From NCBI GenBank assembly GCA_965115915.1, contig OZ220483.1:1211067-1275066 (forward strand): DNA of 64,000 nucleotides, given 5' to 3'. The translations under genes were made by a program, and so were the position numbers. The notes under the pieces are model-generated. The model saw only the letters and a program-made list of their open reading frames with translations. It had not been told where the DNA came from and did no database searches. Positions 1 to 10,689 of this stretch are shown in pieces; position 1 is the first letter of the stretch, and the number at the start of each line of letters is the position of its first letter. This DNA is from Gammaproteobacteria bacterium (GTDB taxonomy: Bacteria; Pseudomonadota; Gammaproteobacteria; Eutrophobiales; Eutrophobiaceae).

Positions 1-541
1 GAAAACATCCACGTAGGTACGCAGTATATTCCTCGATGCCTGCCCCGGTAAAGACCTTGACCAGCAAATCACCTCCAGGTCTGAGCACTTTTCGGCAGAA
101 ATCAGCCACCTGCCCGGCCAGTTCCATGCTTTGCGCCTGATCAACATCCAGTATACCTGTCATATTGGGGGCAATATCGGACAAAACAAGGTCTGCATGC
201 CTGGCCCCCAGCAACCTTCCACACCGAAGCTGCACATTTTCCTCCTTAAAATCCCCCTGCACAAAATGTACATTGTCAATCGGGGGCATTGCCAATCTGT
301 CTATCGCCAGCAGACAAGCCTCTCTGCCCATGCGTTCAATGGCATACTGGGACCAGCTCCCGGGCGCCGCACCAATATCCACGGCAACCCTCACACGCCG
401 GAATAAGCCGTCCCGGACATCAATTTCTCGCAACTTGAATACGGCCCTTGACCGATAATGGGTAGATTTTGCCTGTTGCACCCACGGATCTCGATGCCAA
501 CTCTGCAACCAGTTGGAACAACGGCGCTTCACCACAATCAC
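1..541 (-). CDS. rlmE: 23S rRNA U2552 2'-O-methyltransferase RlmE/FtsJ (C-terminal end runs off the window)
   Basis: Manual minus-strand translation from GTG near 541: VIVVKRRCSNWLQSWHRDPWVQQAK..FKLREID..VAVDIGAAPGSWSQYA..DLVLSDIAPNMTG. It carries the SAM-binding GAAPGxWSQ and DxAPN motifs of RlmE. Absent from the ORF track because it is truncated by the window edge. Confidence 0.85.
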   Translation of the reverse strand, partial: MIVVKRRCSNWLQSWHRDPWVQQAKSTHYRSRAVFKLREIDVRDGLFRRVRVAVDIGAAPGSWSQYAIERMGREACLLAIDRLAMPPIDNVHFVQGDFKEENVQLRCGRLLGARHADLVLSDIAPNMTGILDVDQAQSMELAGQVADFCRKVLRPGGDLLVKVFTGAGIEEYTAYLRGCF

Positions 542-608
542 GTTGCTCCACGTCGCGAGACGTTCCGTTCCAAACTAACAGCCAACACCACGAGCCACCA
601 GAGTCGGA

Positions 609-1088
609 CTATCCCGCATAACAAATCTTGATGATCTCGTACTCAACAGGTCCCTTGGGCGCAGTCACCTCGACGGTATCCCCTACATGTTTGCCGATCA
701 ATGCACGAGCAATGGGTGAATGCACCGAGATCAGTCTCGCATCAATATCCGCCTCGAGTTCACCAACAATCTGATAACTGACCACTTTGCCATCAGCAAC
801 CCCCAGCAATTCAACGTTGGCCCCGAATACCACACTATCGCCAACATCCAGTTTGCTGATATCCACCACCTGGGCCTCTGCCAAACCCGCCTCCAACGCC
901 GCGATTCGGCCTTCCAGCAGACTCTGCTGTTCGCGTGCGGCATGATACTCCGCATTTTCACTGAGGTCCCCGTGTGCACGGGCCTCGGAAACGGCGTTTA
1001 TGATCTTCTGGCGTTCAACAGTCTTGAGAACACGCAACTGCTCCCTGAGCATCTCGGCGCCTGCGCTGGTTATTGGTTTTTTACTCAC
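609..1088 (-). CDS. greA: transcription elongation factor GreA
   Basis: 159 aa; PITxxGxxxLxxEL..[20 protein letters not shown] coiled-coil followed by a C-terminal FKBP-like domain. GTG start overlaps the carB stop (GTGA). Confidence 0.95.
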   Translation of the reverse strand: MSKKPITSAGAEMLREQLRVLKTVERQKIINAVSEARAHGDLSENAEYHAAREQQSLLEGRIAALEAGLAEAQVVDISKLDVGDSVVFGANVELLGVADGKVVSYQIVGELEADIDARLISVHSPIARALIGKHVGDTVEVTAPKGPVEYEIIKICYAG

Positions 1089-4000
1089 TGTCTCATTTCC
1101 TCATGCAAAGACTGGAGCATATGTGGCAAAACCTGCTCCCGTTGACCTATGGCCGCAACTGTCGCCCGTGCTCCCGCCATAGTAGTGGTATAGCATACCC
1201 GGTATTGAAGCGCGGTGCTTCTGATCGAAAACGAGTCGGCAATCGCTTTCTTTCCTTCTGTGGTGTTAACGATAAGGCTGATCTGAGCATTCTTCAACCG
1301 ATCAACAATATGCGGCTGTCCTTCGCGTACTTTATTCACCCTCTCACATTCTATGCCCGCAGCACGGATAGCAGCGGCGGTACCATGCGTGGCACACAGA
1401 GTAAAACCCAGTCCGACGAGTTCTCTGGCCAACGCTACAGCCGCCGGCTTATCACTGTCCCTGACACTGATGAAGGCGCGTCCCTCCATTGGCAAGATCT
1501 GTCCAGCGGCTTCCTGGCTCTTGGCAAAGGCGATATCAAAACGTCTGCCAACACCCATCACCTCACCCGTGGATTTCATCTCGGGACCAAGCAAAGGATC
1601 GGTTCCCGGAAATTTGGCAAACGGGAACACCGACTCTTTGACCGCGTAAAAAGGCGGCTGCGGTTTGCCGGAAATTCCCTGCTCATGCAGGCTTTGCCCA
1701 GACATGCACCGCGCCCCCACCTTTGCCAATGGGATACCGATCGCCTTGGAAACAAACGGTATGGTCCTGGATGCCCGCGGATTTGCCTCCAGCACATATA
1801 TTTCTCCCTCCTTGACAGCAAACTGCACGTTCATCAGGCCAGACACCTTGAGGCCCAAAGCCAGTCTGCACGCCTGTTCGGCCAGACGTTCAACAATCTC
1901 TGAAGACAGGCTAAACGGAGGCAAGCTGCACGCGGAGTCTCCGGAGTGTACTCCCGCCTGCTCTATGTGTTCCATAATGCCCGCAACAAAGACTTCCTTT
2001 CCATCACAGACAATATCTACATCGACCTCGACCGCTTCGCTCAGAAAATGATCCAGCAACACCGCGGTACGTTCAAACACCATGGTGGAAGAATCAATCC
2101 AGGCAGCCAGTTGTTCTTCGTCATAGACGATCTCCATGGAACGCCCGCCCAGGACATACGATGGACGCACCACCAAAGGCCAATTTATGCTGGCGGCACT
2201 CTCCAGTGCCTGCTCCTTGCAATACGCGATCTGGTTGTCCGGCTGTCGTATACCCAACGCCTTGACCAGGGCCTGAAATCGATCCCGATCCTCGGCCAAA
2301 TCAATGGAATCGGGCGAGGTACCGATTATCGGCACCTCGCAGGCCGCCAGCGCCTTCGCCAAAGCCAACGGTGTCTGCCCTCCATACTGCACGATAACCC
2401 CCTCTGGCTTTTCCAGCGAGACGACCTCAAGGACATCCTCCAGACACAAGGGCTCAAAATACAGACGGTCCGCAATATCATAGTCGGTAGAGACAGTTTC
2501 CGGGTTGCAGTTGATCATAATCGTCTGATAGCCGGATTCCCGCATGGCCATGGCCGCCTGCACACAGCAGTAATCAAACTCGATCCCTTGACCGATACGG
2601 TTAGGACCGCTCCCCAATACAACGATCTTGCTGGCGGTTTCGGGTCTTGCCTCACACTCCTCCTCATAGCATGAATACATATAAGCAGTAGTTGCCGGGA
2701 ACTCGGCCGCGCAGGAATCCACCCGCCTGTAGACCGGACGAACACCCAGCAACCAGCGCAGCGTGCGTACAGAGCTCTCCTCCGTACCGACCAAGGTCGC
2801 GATGCGAGCATCGGAAAAACCTTTGCGCTTGAGCATACGCAGGGTCAAACCGTCAAGCATGTCCTCCCCCCGCTCACGCAACGTCTCCTCGGTCGCGATC
2901 AGATCGGCAATCTGTACCAAAAACCATGGATCAATGGCACTCAGGGCATGGACCTCCTCGATAGACATGCCCGCTCTCAATGCGTCCGCCACGTAGCGCA
3001 AACGCTCAGCGCGCGGCTCACGTAATTCATTGCGTATCCGATCCATATCCTGCTTCGGATCGGGCAGGCAAATTTCATCCAGGCCGGAAAGCCGCGTCTC
3101 CAGTCCACGAAGGGCCTTTTGCAGAGACTGCTGAAAATTGCTGCCTATAGCCATTACCTCACCCACCGACTTCATTTGAGTGCCAAGGCGGGAATCCGTC
3201 ATCGGGAATTTTTCAAAGGCAAAACGCGGCATCTTGGTAACAACATAGTCTATGCTGGGTTCAAAAGACGCGGGGATGGCATTCCCCAATATCTCGTTAC
3301 CCAATTCATCCAGGGTATAACCCACCGCCAACCGGGCAGCCACCTTGGCAATCGGGAACCCGGTCGCCTTGGAAGCAAGAGCCGATGAACGTGACACACG
3401 AGGATTCATCTCAATGACAACCATTTCACCCGTATCCGGGTGTAATGCAAATTGTACGTTGGAACCACCAGTATCCACCCCGATCTCCCTGAGCACTGCG
3501 ATGGCGGCGCTTCGCATACGCTGATATTCCCTGTCAGTCAGGGTCTGTGCCGGAGCCACAGTGATGGAATCACCGGTATGTACACCCATCGGATCGAGAT
3601 TTTCAATGGTACACACGATAATACAGTTATCTTTACGGTCACGTACCACTTCCATCTCGAATTCCTTCCAGCCCAATACCGACTGCTCCAGCAAAACACG
3701 GTGTACCGGGGAGACATCCAGCCCGCGCCGACATAATTCCATTAGCTGCTCACGGTTCCAGGCGATACCACCGCCGCTGCCACCCAGGGTAAACGAAGGC
3801 CGGATAATAACGGGGAAACCTGTCTTCTCCTCCGCTTCTCCAAGCTGCTGCAGATTGTCAACCATGACGGAACATGGCATGGACAGGCCGATACCCTGCA
3901 TTGCGTCACGAAACTTCTCCCGATCCTCCGCCTTGTCTATTGCCTCCCGACTGGCACCGATCAGTTCCACACCATGGGCTTCCAGCACCCCTGCGGCAGC

Positions 4001-4306
4001 GAGGTCCAGGGCACAATTCAAGGCGGTCTGTCCTCCCATGGTTGGCAATAACGCCTGTGGACGCTCACGTTCCATGATCTTCTCCAGCGTACTGCTATTG
4101 AGCGGTTCAATATACGTGGCATCCGCCATATCCGGATCGGTCATAATGGTCGCGGGATTGGAATTGACCAAAATAATGCGGTAGCCCTCCGCACGCAGCG
4201 CCCTGCAGGCCTGCACCCCGGAATAATCAAACTCGCAAGCCTGACCGATAATGATCGGCCCTGCACCTATAATGAGTATGCTGTCAATATCCGTGCGTTT
4301 CGGCAT
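1085..4306 (-). CDS. carB: carbamoyl-phosphate synthase large subunit
   Basis: 1073 aa; [30 protein letters not shown] N-terminus, duplicated ATP-grasp halves, and a C-terminal MGS-like domain. Confidence 0.98.
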   Translation of the reverse strand: MPKRTDIDSILIIGAGPIIIGQACEFDYSGVQACRALRAEGYRIILVNSNPATIMTDPDMADATYIEPLNSSTLEKIMERERPQALLPTMGGQTALNCALDLAAAGVLEAHGVELIGASREAIDKAEDREKFRDAMQGIGLSMPCSVMVDNLQQLGEAEEKTGFPVIIRPSFTLGGSGGGIAWNREQLMELCRRGLDVSPVHRVLLEQSVLGWKEFEMEVVRDRKDNCIIVCTIENLDPMGVHTGDSITVAPAQTLTDREYQRMRSAAIAVLREIGVDTGGSNVQFALHPDTGEMVVIEMNPRVSRSSALASKATGFPIAKVAARLAVGYTLDELGNEILGNAIPASFEPSIDYVVTKMPRFAFEKFPMTDSRLGTQMKSVGEVMAIGSNFQQSLQKALRGLETRLSGLDEICLPDPKQDMDRIRNELREPRAERLRYVADALRAGMSIEEVHALSAIDPWFLVQIADLIATEETLRERGEDMLDGLTLRMLKRKGFSDARIATLVGTEESSVRTLRWLLGVRPVYRRVDSCAAEFPATTAYMYSCYEEECEARPETASKIVVLGSGPNRIGQGIEFDYCCVQAAMAMRESGYQTIMINCNPETVSTDYDIADRLYFEPLCLEDVLEVVSLEKPEGVIVQYGGQTPLALAKALAACEVPIIGTSPDSIDLAEDRDRFQALVKALGIRQPDNQIAYCKEQALESAASINWPLVVRPSYVLGGRSMEIVYDEEQLAAWIDSSTMVFERTAVLLDHFLSEAVEVDVDIVCDGKEVFVAGIMEHIEQAGVHSGDSACSLPPFSLSSEIVERLAEQACRLALGLKVSGLMNVQFAVKEGEIYVLEANPRASRTIPFVSKAIGIPLAKVGARCMSGQSLHEQGISGKPQPPFYAVKESVFPFAKFPGTDPLLGPEMKSTGEVMGVGRRFDIAFAKSQEAAGQILPMEGRAFISVRDSDKPAAVALARELVGLGFTLCATHGTAAAIRAAGIECERVNKVREGQPHIVDRLKNAQISLIVNTTEGKKAIADSFSIRSTALQYRVCYTTTMAGARATVAAIGQREQVLPHMLQSLHEEMRQ

Positions 4307-4313
4307 GACTGAA

Positions 4314-5450
4314 CTATTGCATCAGCGCGACAAAATCGCTGAACAGGCTCTTGATATCGTCCGGGCCCGGGCTGGCCTCGGGGTGTCCCTGGAAACCCAG
4401 GATGGGCCTGTGCCGGTGGCGAATGCCCTGCACAGAACCATCAAACAGGGAGATATGCGTAATCTCCAGTTCCGCGGGGATGGACCCCGGGTCTACCGCA
4501 AAGCAATGATTCTGACTGGTAATATACACTCGTCCATGCGCCAGCTCACGTACCGGATGATTCGCCCCGTGGTGACCAAATTTCATCTTGAAGATATGTG
4601 CGCCACAGGCCAGCGCCAGCAACTGATAACCCAGGCAAACGCCCAGCACCGGAAGCCCTGAATCGAGACAGCCGCGGGCAGCCGTGATGGCCGCTGCACA
4701 AGCACTCGGGTCACCCGGGCCATTGGACAGCACAATCCCGTCCGGCTGTTCAGCCAACACCTCGGCAATCGGGGTCGTGGCCGGCACGACCTTTATATGG
4801 CATCCCTGATCGACCAACAGGCGAAGGATGTTGCGCTTGACCCCGAAATCATACACCGTGACCCGCCGTTCAGGCCGGGTCTGTCCCTGCCTGCCGTTAG
4901 CACCACCCCAACAGCCCGCGTTCCACTGATATGGCCGGGAAACAGTCACTCTGCTTACCATGTCCACTCCCGACAGACCAGGACAGTCACGGGCCGCGCC
5001 GACAGCGGCGGCAGGATCAAGCTTCTGGCCATCCACGGCACTCATGATACAGCCACGCATGGCGCCCTTCTCACGCAACCGGTGTGTCAGACGGCGGGTA
5101 TCAATGGATGCCACAGCCATGCTGTCACGCTGTTCAAGCCAACGTACCAATCCCTGTTCGGCGCGCCAGTTGCTGTACTGCAAAGGGTCACTGCGCATGA
5201 TCAGGGCCAATGCATGAACATGCCCGGATTCGTCATCATCGACATTCACCCCGACATTCCCGATATGGGGATTGGTCAGCACGATCATTTGACCACTGTA
5301 GGATGGATCGGTAAGTATCTCCTGGTATCCACTCATCGCGGTGTTGAAGACCACCTCTCCCAGGATCCGGGATTGAATGCTGCCCAGCGCGTTTCCATGA
5401 AACACACTGCCATCCTCCAGTGCCAGCATCGCGGCAACATCAGAGGTCAT
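4314..5450 (-). CDS. carA: carbamoyl-phosphate synthase small (glutaminase) subunit
   Basis: ORF 4314..5579. The likely true start is Met44 ([19 protein letters not shown]) at 5450, which gives about 378 aa. Class I amidotransferase motif GVCLGYQLL. Lies 7 nt upstream of carB. Confidence 0.93.
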   Translation of the reverse strand: MTSDVAAMLALEDGSVFHGNALGSIQSRILGEVVFNTAMSGYQEILTDPSYSGQMIVLTNPHIGNVGVNVDDDESGHVHALALIMRSDPLQYSNWRAEQGLVRWLEQRDSMAVASIDTRRLTHRLREKGAMRGCIMSAVDGQKLDPAAAVGAARDCPGLSGVDMVSRVTVSRPYQWNAGCWGGANGRQGQTRPERRVTVYDFGVKRNILRLLVDQGCHIKVVPATTPIAEVLAEQPDGIVLSNGPGDPSACAAAITAARGCLDSGLPVLGVCLGYQLLALACGAHIFKMKFGHHGANHPVRELAHGRVYITSQNHCFAVDPGSIPAELEITHISLFDGSVQGIRHRHRPILGFQGHPEASPGPDDIKSLFSDFVALMQ

Positions 5451-5636
5451 GGATAATTTTCTCTGTACATTAAAAAAGGAGTAGCCATCATCCTGACCAC
5501 TCCCCGGGAAACTCTGTGGGCATCCTGTCATCTTACTGTATTCCCGGCATTTGCGTCCATGCCTTTCCCACATGGACAACCGGGACAGTCCTGTACGGGT
5601 TCAAGACCGCCTCAGGTCATCACACTCCTCTTCGGG

Positions 5637-6095
5637 GCATCCCCCCGCCGCAACAGTCAGCGCCCTGCGCCCCGGCTACTGCGACTCCCGGGGGGAGTGA
5701 TGGATAGCGGCATTGTGCGTGGCCACAACAATGTGACTGCAGGGGCATGGTCTCCCCCATCGCAACCGCCGTCCCCTTTCGGCTCGGCTGCTGCGTACTC
5801 CCCCTCAAAGGGGGGCGATGGATTGTGCAACGGCTCGGTGGTTTGTTGGCTGGGCGGAGGGCACCGCATACGCTCGAGGCCTTGGCTTTTGCCCCCCACC
5901 GGCGCGCCTGCGGGCTGGCGCCCTTGGCTTGCCGGCTCCCCCTCGAGGGGGGAGCGATTGATGGCGGCGTTGTGCGGGTCCACGACAGTGAAACTGTCGG
6001 GGGCGCAAGTCCCCCCGCCGCAACAGTCAGCGCCCTGCGCTATCTGCCGTGCGACTCCCGGGGGCATAATTGACAACGGCACGAGACCATACAAA
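5637..6095. repeat. degenerate GC-rich tandem repeat array, about 4 units of roughly 110-140 bp, in the carA/queF divergent intergenic region
   Basis: Identical 31-mer tccccccgccgcaacagtcagcgccctgcgc at 5640-5670 and 6010-6040. gcgactcccggggg at 5681-5694 and 6051-6064. C5/G6 palindromic cores at about 5685-5697, 5800-5815, 5938-5952 and 6055-6065, each followed by a GAT(G/T)GAT(A/G/T)GxGxxxCGGC-like segment. Confidence 0.8.
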
Positions 6096-6161
6096 AATGG
6101 TATATACTTCGCGGCACCCAGTGGCTGCCAAAGCATGTGAAAAACCGTCTTGCAGTCCTGA

Positions 6162-6974
6162 TTGCCGATGAAGCCTTCCGCGAGCAAATGGCAGGATCCC
6201 GAACAACATGAGCCCGGCCTGCTGCGTCCATTACCCCGCACACCGCTGTGGAAAGCGTATGGCTGCCAGACCAGCCCTTTCACACACGGTATGGATGTAT
6301 GGTTCGCCTGGGAGCTGTCCTGGCTTAATCCGCAGGGATTGCCACAGGTGGCGGTAGCAGAACTGCAATTCCCCGGCGAGACGCCATACCTGATTGAATC
6401 CAAATCACTGAAATACTATCTGTGCAGCCTGAACCACCAGCACTTTTGCAGCCGGGAAGAACTCATCCATACGGTGGGTACCGCACTCGGGAAATCGGTG
6501 CACATGCCAGTGGGGATCACACTGTATGATGTGGATGAAGCCCCGGGGCCCTGTCCCACCACCGCTGCCATTTGTCTGGATAAACAGGATATAGCAACGC
6601 ATATCTATGATCGGGATCCCGCGCTGCTGCAGCTCTGCGATACCCGGGTTGTGGAAGAGTCTCTATGCAGTCACCTGCTGAGAAGCCACTGTCCGCTGAC
6701 TGGCCAACCGGACTGGGCGAGTGTATACATAGGTTATCGTGGCAAGGCGATCGATCATGCCGCTCTGCTGCGCTATATTGTTTCCTGGCGCAATCACAGT
6801 GGTTTTGCGGAGCATTGTACCGAACATATCTTTCTGGACATCCTGCAGCAATGCGGGCCACAGAGGCTGCATGTCTGCTGCCGCTACCTGCGACGCGGCG
6901 GACTGGACATCAATCCCTGGCGCAGTAATTGCGGGGACTGCTGGGGGTTGCCCACACGCGCAGTCCGGCAGTAG
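6162..6974 (+). CDS. queF: NADPH-dependent 7-cyano-7-deazaguanine (preQ0) reductase, two-domain type II QueF
   Basis: 270 aa; WxLxELSWLNxxGLPQVAV, LIESKSLKYYLxS, SHLLRSxCPxTGQPDW and RRGGLDINPWRS match the E. coli-type QueF along the whole length. Confidence 0.93.
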   Translation: MPMKPSASKWQDPEQHEPGLLRPLPRTPLWKAYGCQTSPFTHGMDVWFAWELSWLNPQGLPQVAVAELQFPGETPYLIESKSLKYYLCSLNHQHFCSREELIHTVGTALGKSVHMPVGITLYDVDEAPGPCPTTAAICLDKQDIATHIYDRDPALLQLCDTRVVEESLCSHLLRSHCPLTGQPDWASVYIGYRGKAIDHAALLRYIVSWRNHSGFAEHCTEHIFLDILQQCGPQRLHVCCRYLRRGGLDINPWRSNCGDCWGLPTRAVRQ

Positions 6975-7001
6975 GCACTCTGGCGCATGATTTTACCCGA
7001 G

Positions 7002-7922
7002 TCAATCCGCGGCATAGCCAAGTTCCCGCAGCATTGATATCGAATCGAACCATCCCTTGCGCACCTTCACCCATGTGTTCAGATGTACCCGAGAGTGAAA
7101 AATGGCCTGCATATCCTCCCTCCCCGCTTTGCCCACCGCTCTGAGCACACTGCCTCCCTTACCAATTATCATCGCTTTATGCCGTTCGTTATCCACCCAG
7201 ATAGTCGCCGACACACGCAACAGGTCTTGCTGTCGGCAAAAAACCTCCACGGTAATGGTCAGCCGATAAGGCAATTCATCACCTAGCCTGCGCATGAGTT
7301 TTTCCCTGATTAGCTCGGCGGCCAAAAAAGATTCATCCCGATCACTGAACTGGCGCGGAGGATACCGGGGTTCCGCGCAGGGGAGACAGGTGCTCACCAC
7401 ACTCTCCAGGCGCGACAGGCTGATCCGTCTCAGCGCGGATACCGGGACAATCTCCGAAAAATCGTATATGCGGGCACATGCCGCCATCTGTTCCAGCAAG
7501 GCGTCTCGCCGAGCCAACAGGTCAATCTTGTTGATCACCAGGACTATCGGGCAAAAGGCATAGCGACGCAGCCGATCCAGCACCAATGCGTCCAACCGAT
7601 CCCAGCGTCCAGCCTCTATCACCAATAGTGCCAGCTCAGCCCCACCAAGGACCTTGTCAAGCTCCCGGTTCATATACCGGTTCAAGGCAAACCTTGGCAA
7701 CTTCTGAAATCCGGGTGTATCAATCAACGCAAGCTGGTACTGACTGGACGATTTGATCCCGAGCATACTCCACCGCGTTGTCTGCGGCTTGGCCGAAACG
7801 ATGCTGAGCTTGCGACCAAGAACGGCATTGACCAACGTGGATTTGCCCGTATTGGGCCGACCGGCCACCACCACATGGCCGCTACGATAAACCGGTGCGG
7901 GACGCACCAGACAATCTGTCAT
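7002..7922 (-). CDS. era: GTPase Era
   Basis: ORF 7002..7955. The likely start is Met12 at 7922. G1 motif GRPNTGKSTL, DTPG, NKxD, and a C-terminal KH domain. Confidence 0.93.
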   Translation of the reverse strand: MTDCLVRPAPVYRSGHVVVAGRPNTGKSTLVNAVLGRKLSIVSAKPQTTRWSMLGIKSSSQYQLALIDTPGFQKLPRFALNRYMNRELDKVLGGAELALLVIEAGRWDRLDALVLDRLRRYAFCPIVLVINKIDLLARRDALLEQMAACARIYDFSEIVPVSALRRISLSRLESVVSTCLPCAEPRYPPRQFSDRDESFLAAELIREKLMRRLGDELPYRLTITVEVFCRQQDLLRVSATIWVDNERHKAMIIGKGGSVLRAVGKAGREDMQAIFHSRVHLNTWVKVRKGWFDSISMLRELGYAAD

Positions 7923-7973
7923 CCGGGCCACACCCCGGCCAAAAACCGCTCCCAAAGAAAACTGCCTGCCCCC

Positions 7974-8414
7974 CTACTTCTCATCATCAAGCAGCCGCAC
8001 AGTCTCTCTACTGTTCTCCCCCAGCGTGATCGCCTCCTTCACATGAATCTTCAGATAGAGGTTGTAAGCAAGGTGATTTTCCTGCGTATAGTCAACGACC
8101 AATACACGTTTATCCTTTTTTTTGATGAGCCGTACGCGCCCCTTGTTCTCCCGGATTGCACTTGCTTCCAGCGCAGGAAACAGGTTGATCTGTGCCCGGC
8201 GATCTATCGCCTCCACCACTTTTGAGTATGTGGAAACCTCCGCAAGTGGTAACTGTGCCACACCCACCATGATGGTCTTTGCCTTGAAGTACCCGTTATA
8301 CAGCGGAAAGGCCATCAGTAGAAAACCTGCAAAAATGGCCCCAATGGCCAGGGAGATGCAAAATCCCATAAACGTCAGACCTGTCTGGCGCCGTATTACC
8401 GAAGGTTTCATCAT
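7974..8414 (-). CDS. DUF4845-family small membrane-anchored protein
   Basis: ORF 7974..8465, probable start MMKPSVIRRQTGLTFMGF at 8414. It has an N-terminal R/Q-x-G-x-T/S-FxG TM anchor followed by PxYxxYxKxK. This resembles the DUF4845 protein that sits between lepB and rnc in many gammaproteobacteria. Confidence 0.6.
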   Translation of the reverse strand: MMKPSVIRRQTGLTFMGFCISLAIGAIFAGFLLMAFPLYNGYFKAKTIMVGVAQLPLAEVSTYSKVVEAIDRRAQINLFPALEASAIRENKGRVRLIKKKDKRVLVVDYTQENHLAYNLYLKIHVKEAITLGENSRETVRLLDDEK

Positions 8415-8614
8415 TGCACTGTTATCACTTTTCGCTCGCAGACCCAACTGCCAACCGCGGCCCATTCAAACCCGTTACAACACACGAGCCTCAACCCTAA
8501 GGTGGGTGGTATGAAGAGTCGGGCCAAAATCACACCACATCCCGCATACTTGCCGGGGAAGACATCCCGGCAAGTATGCCGGAATACCGAAATCCGCTAT
8601 CAGCCACCGTTCTG

Positions 8615-10033
8615 TCAATCCCCGTAATGGCAGATATGCTCGATGGCCTGATCCAGTCTTTGGAGGGTACGAGATTTCCCCAACAAATACAAGGTATCTC
8701 CGATACCCGGTGAAACATCTTCACCGGTAACCGCAACACGAATCGGCTGCGCCAACTTGCCCAGTTTCAATTGATGCCTGCTGGCACAGTCTTTTACACA
8801 CTGCAATAATGCCTGTTGATCCCATGTCTGCAAGCCCTCGCAGGCATTGCGAAAATCTCTGAGCGGCCTCAACAAAGCCGGAGGCAGATACTGTTTGAGC
8901 GCCTGCCTGTTCACACATTTCTGCTCCCGCAGATAGAAACACACACTCTGCTCCGCCATCGCACGCAGCGTATTGGTCCGATGTTTCTGCACCCCCACCA
9001 GGGCCTCCAAATCCGGACCATCCTCGGTATTTTCAACCCCGTACTCAAACAGATAGCCACGCAACAAGCTGGCAAGCCTGGCATCATCGGCAGCACGCAG
9101 ATAATGCTGATTGAGCCATAGCAACTTGTCGGGATTCAGTCTGGCAGCAGACTTGCTCAGTGCCGATAGATCGAACAGCTCGATCATGCGCGTACGATCA
9201 AACAACTCTTCGTCTCCATGCGACCAACCCAAACGCAGCAGATAGTTCAACAACGCATCAGGCAAAAATCCCTGCTGCCAGTAGTGCAATACATTGCTGT
9301 CACCCGAACGTTTGGACAGTTTCCCCCCTTGTGCATCCAAAATCAACGGGATGTGCGCATATGCCGGGGGGTCCCAGGCAAAGGCCTGGTATATATTGAG
9401 CTGTCGAGGCGTATTATTCAGGTGATCATCACCACGAATGACATGCGTGATACCCATCGCATGGTCATCAACCACCGCGGTCAGATTGTACGTCGGCAGA
9501 CCATTGGAACGCATCAATACCAGATCGTCCAGTTCCTGATTGTCGAACACCACGGAACCCTGAACCAGATCGTCCAGAACCACCATCCCCCGCTGCGGGT
9601 TCCGAAAACGGATCACCGGGTTCGAATTCCTGTCAGCGGGCCGCCCGCGTTCACGACAACGCCCGTCATAGCGTGGCTTCTTCCCTTCTCTCAAGGCCGC
9701 TTGACGCATCTGATCCAGTTCCTCCCGGCTGCAATAACAGTGATAGGCACAACCCGATTCCAGCAACCGGCCAACCGCCTCCTGATACAGTGAAAGCCGT
9801 TTGGATTGGAAAATGGCACCCGTATGGTCAAGGCCAAGCCAGTCCATGGCGTCCAGTATGCCTTTCACCGCATCCTCACTGTTACGCTCCACATCGGTAT
9901 CTTCGATACGCAACATGAATTTCCCACCGTGATGCTTTGCATACAGCCAGGAAAACAGTGCGGTGCGCACGCCGCCTATATGCAAAAAACCCGTCGGACT
10001 TGGAGCAAAACGGGTCCTTACCGTCACCATCAT
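8615..10033 (-). CDS. gltX: glutamate--tRNA ligase
   Basis: 472 aa; RFAPSPTGFLHIGGxRTALF (HIGH) and KLSKR (KMSKS-like) motifs. Start overlaps the leuD stop by 4 nt. Confidence 0.97.
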   Translation of the reverse strand: MMVTVRTRFAPSPTGFLHIGGVRTALFSWLYAKHHGGKFMLRIEDTDVERNSEDAVKGILDAMDWLGLDHTGAIFQSKRLSLYQEAVGRLLESGCAYHCYCSREELDQMRQAALREGKKPRYDGRCRERGRPADRNSNPVIRFRNPQRGMVVLDDLVQGSVVFDNQELDDLVLMRSNGLPTYNLTAVVDDHAMGITHVIRGDDHLNNTPRQLNIYQAFAWDPPAYAHIPLILDAQGGKLSKRSGDSNVLHYWQQGFLPDALLNYLLRLGWSHGDEELFDRTRMIELFDLSALSKSAARLNPDKLLWLNQHYLRAADDARLASLLRGYLFEYGVENTEDGPDLEALVGVQKHRTNTLRAMAEQSVCFYLREQKCVNRQALKQYLPPALLRPLRDFRNACEGLQTWDQQALLQCVKDCASRHQLKLGKLAQPIRVAVTGEDVSPGIGDTLYLLGKSRTLQRLDQAIEHICHYGD

Positions 10034-10686
10034 TTGTCCTGTGTCCGTTTCGGAAAGAGCCAGGGCACCTCGCTGGCACGCCTGCTTTCATAAGCCCGTA
10101 TCGCCTCGGCATCGCGCAGGGTCAAAGCAATCTCGTCCCAGCCATTCAACAGCCGCTCCTTCAGTTCTGCCGCAATAGCAAAATTGATGGCAGACTCCCC
10201 TTGTGGATACAGTTCCTGCCGCTGCAAATCCACTCCAAGACGCCAGGCCGGATCAGCCAGACTGCATGCAAACAGACGATCCAGTGGCACATCCTCCAGA
10301 CAGATCAGCAACAATCCGTTTTTGGCCGCATTGCTGGAGAAGATATCACTGAAGGAAGCGGCTATAACAACCTGAATGCCATAATCCAACAAGGCCCAGA
10401 CCGCATGTTCCCGTGATGAACCACAGCCAAAGTTCTGCCGCGCCAATAAGATGGCCGCCTCCTGTCGGCCTGGCCGATTAAGGATAAAGTCGGGATTCAA
10501 GCGCCTGTCCGCAGGTGCGACAGTCAGACTGCCAGGGTCCAGATATCGCCAATTATCAAACAAAAAGGCCCCATAACCCGCACGTTCGATGGATTTAAGA
10601 TACTGCTTGGGAATAATGCTGTCAGTATCGATATTCGCCCGGTCAAGTGGCAAAACCCGGGCATTGAGAGATTGGAATACCCGCAC
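10030..10686 (-). CDS. leuD: 3-isopropylmalate dehydratase small subunit
   Basis: 218 aa; NIDTDxIIPKQYLK and NFGCGSSREHAxWAL motifs. Confidence 0.96.
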   Translation of the reverse strand: MRVFQSLNARVLPLDRANIDTDSIIPKQYLKSIERAGYGAFLFDNWRYLDPGSLTVAPADRRLNPDFILNRPGRQEAAILLARQNFGCGSSREHAVWALLDYGIQVVIAASFSDIFSSNAAKNGLLLICLEDVPLDRLFACSLADPAWRLGVDLQRQELYPQGESAINFAIAAELKERLLNGWDEIALTLRDAEAIRAYESRRASEVPWLFPKRTQDK

Positions 10687-10689
10687 TGA

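Noticed and set aside
1073-1903. Other long antisense or overlapping ORFs (for example 1073..1903, 11305..12105, 14544..15560, 28398..29267, 42094..43149, 47589..48872, 54743..55696)
   Set aside because: Each lies inside and opposite, or out of frame with, a confidently identified conserved gene and has a compositionally biased translation. Treated as shadow ORFs.
5640-6040. Possible CRISPR, from an identical 31-bp sequence occurring twice
   Set aside because: There are only two identical copies, 370 bp apart, which is far longer than a spacer. The intervening DNA is itself related repeat material. There are no cas genes and no regular repeat-spacer periodicity.
6096-6161. preQ1 riboswitch upstream of queF
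   Set aside because: No preQ1-I or preQ1-II-like compact hairpin or pseudoknot with the conserved loop sequence was visible in the short unique segment preceding queF.
5559-6403. ORFs 5559..6140 (+, 193 aa) and 5657..6403 (-, 248 aa) spanning the carA/queF spacer
   Set aside because: Both run through the GC-rich repeat array and give Pro/Gly/Ala/Arg-rich sequences with no recognisable fold. The minus ORF also overlaps the real queF. Treated as non-coding repeat DNA.
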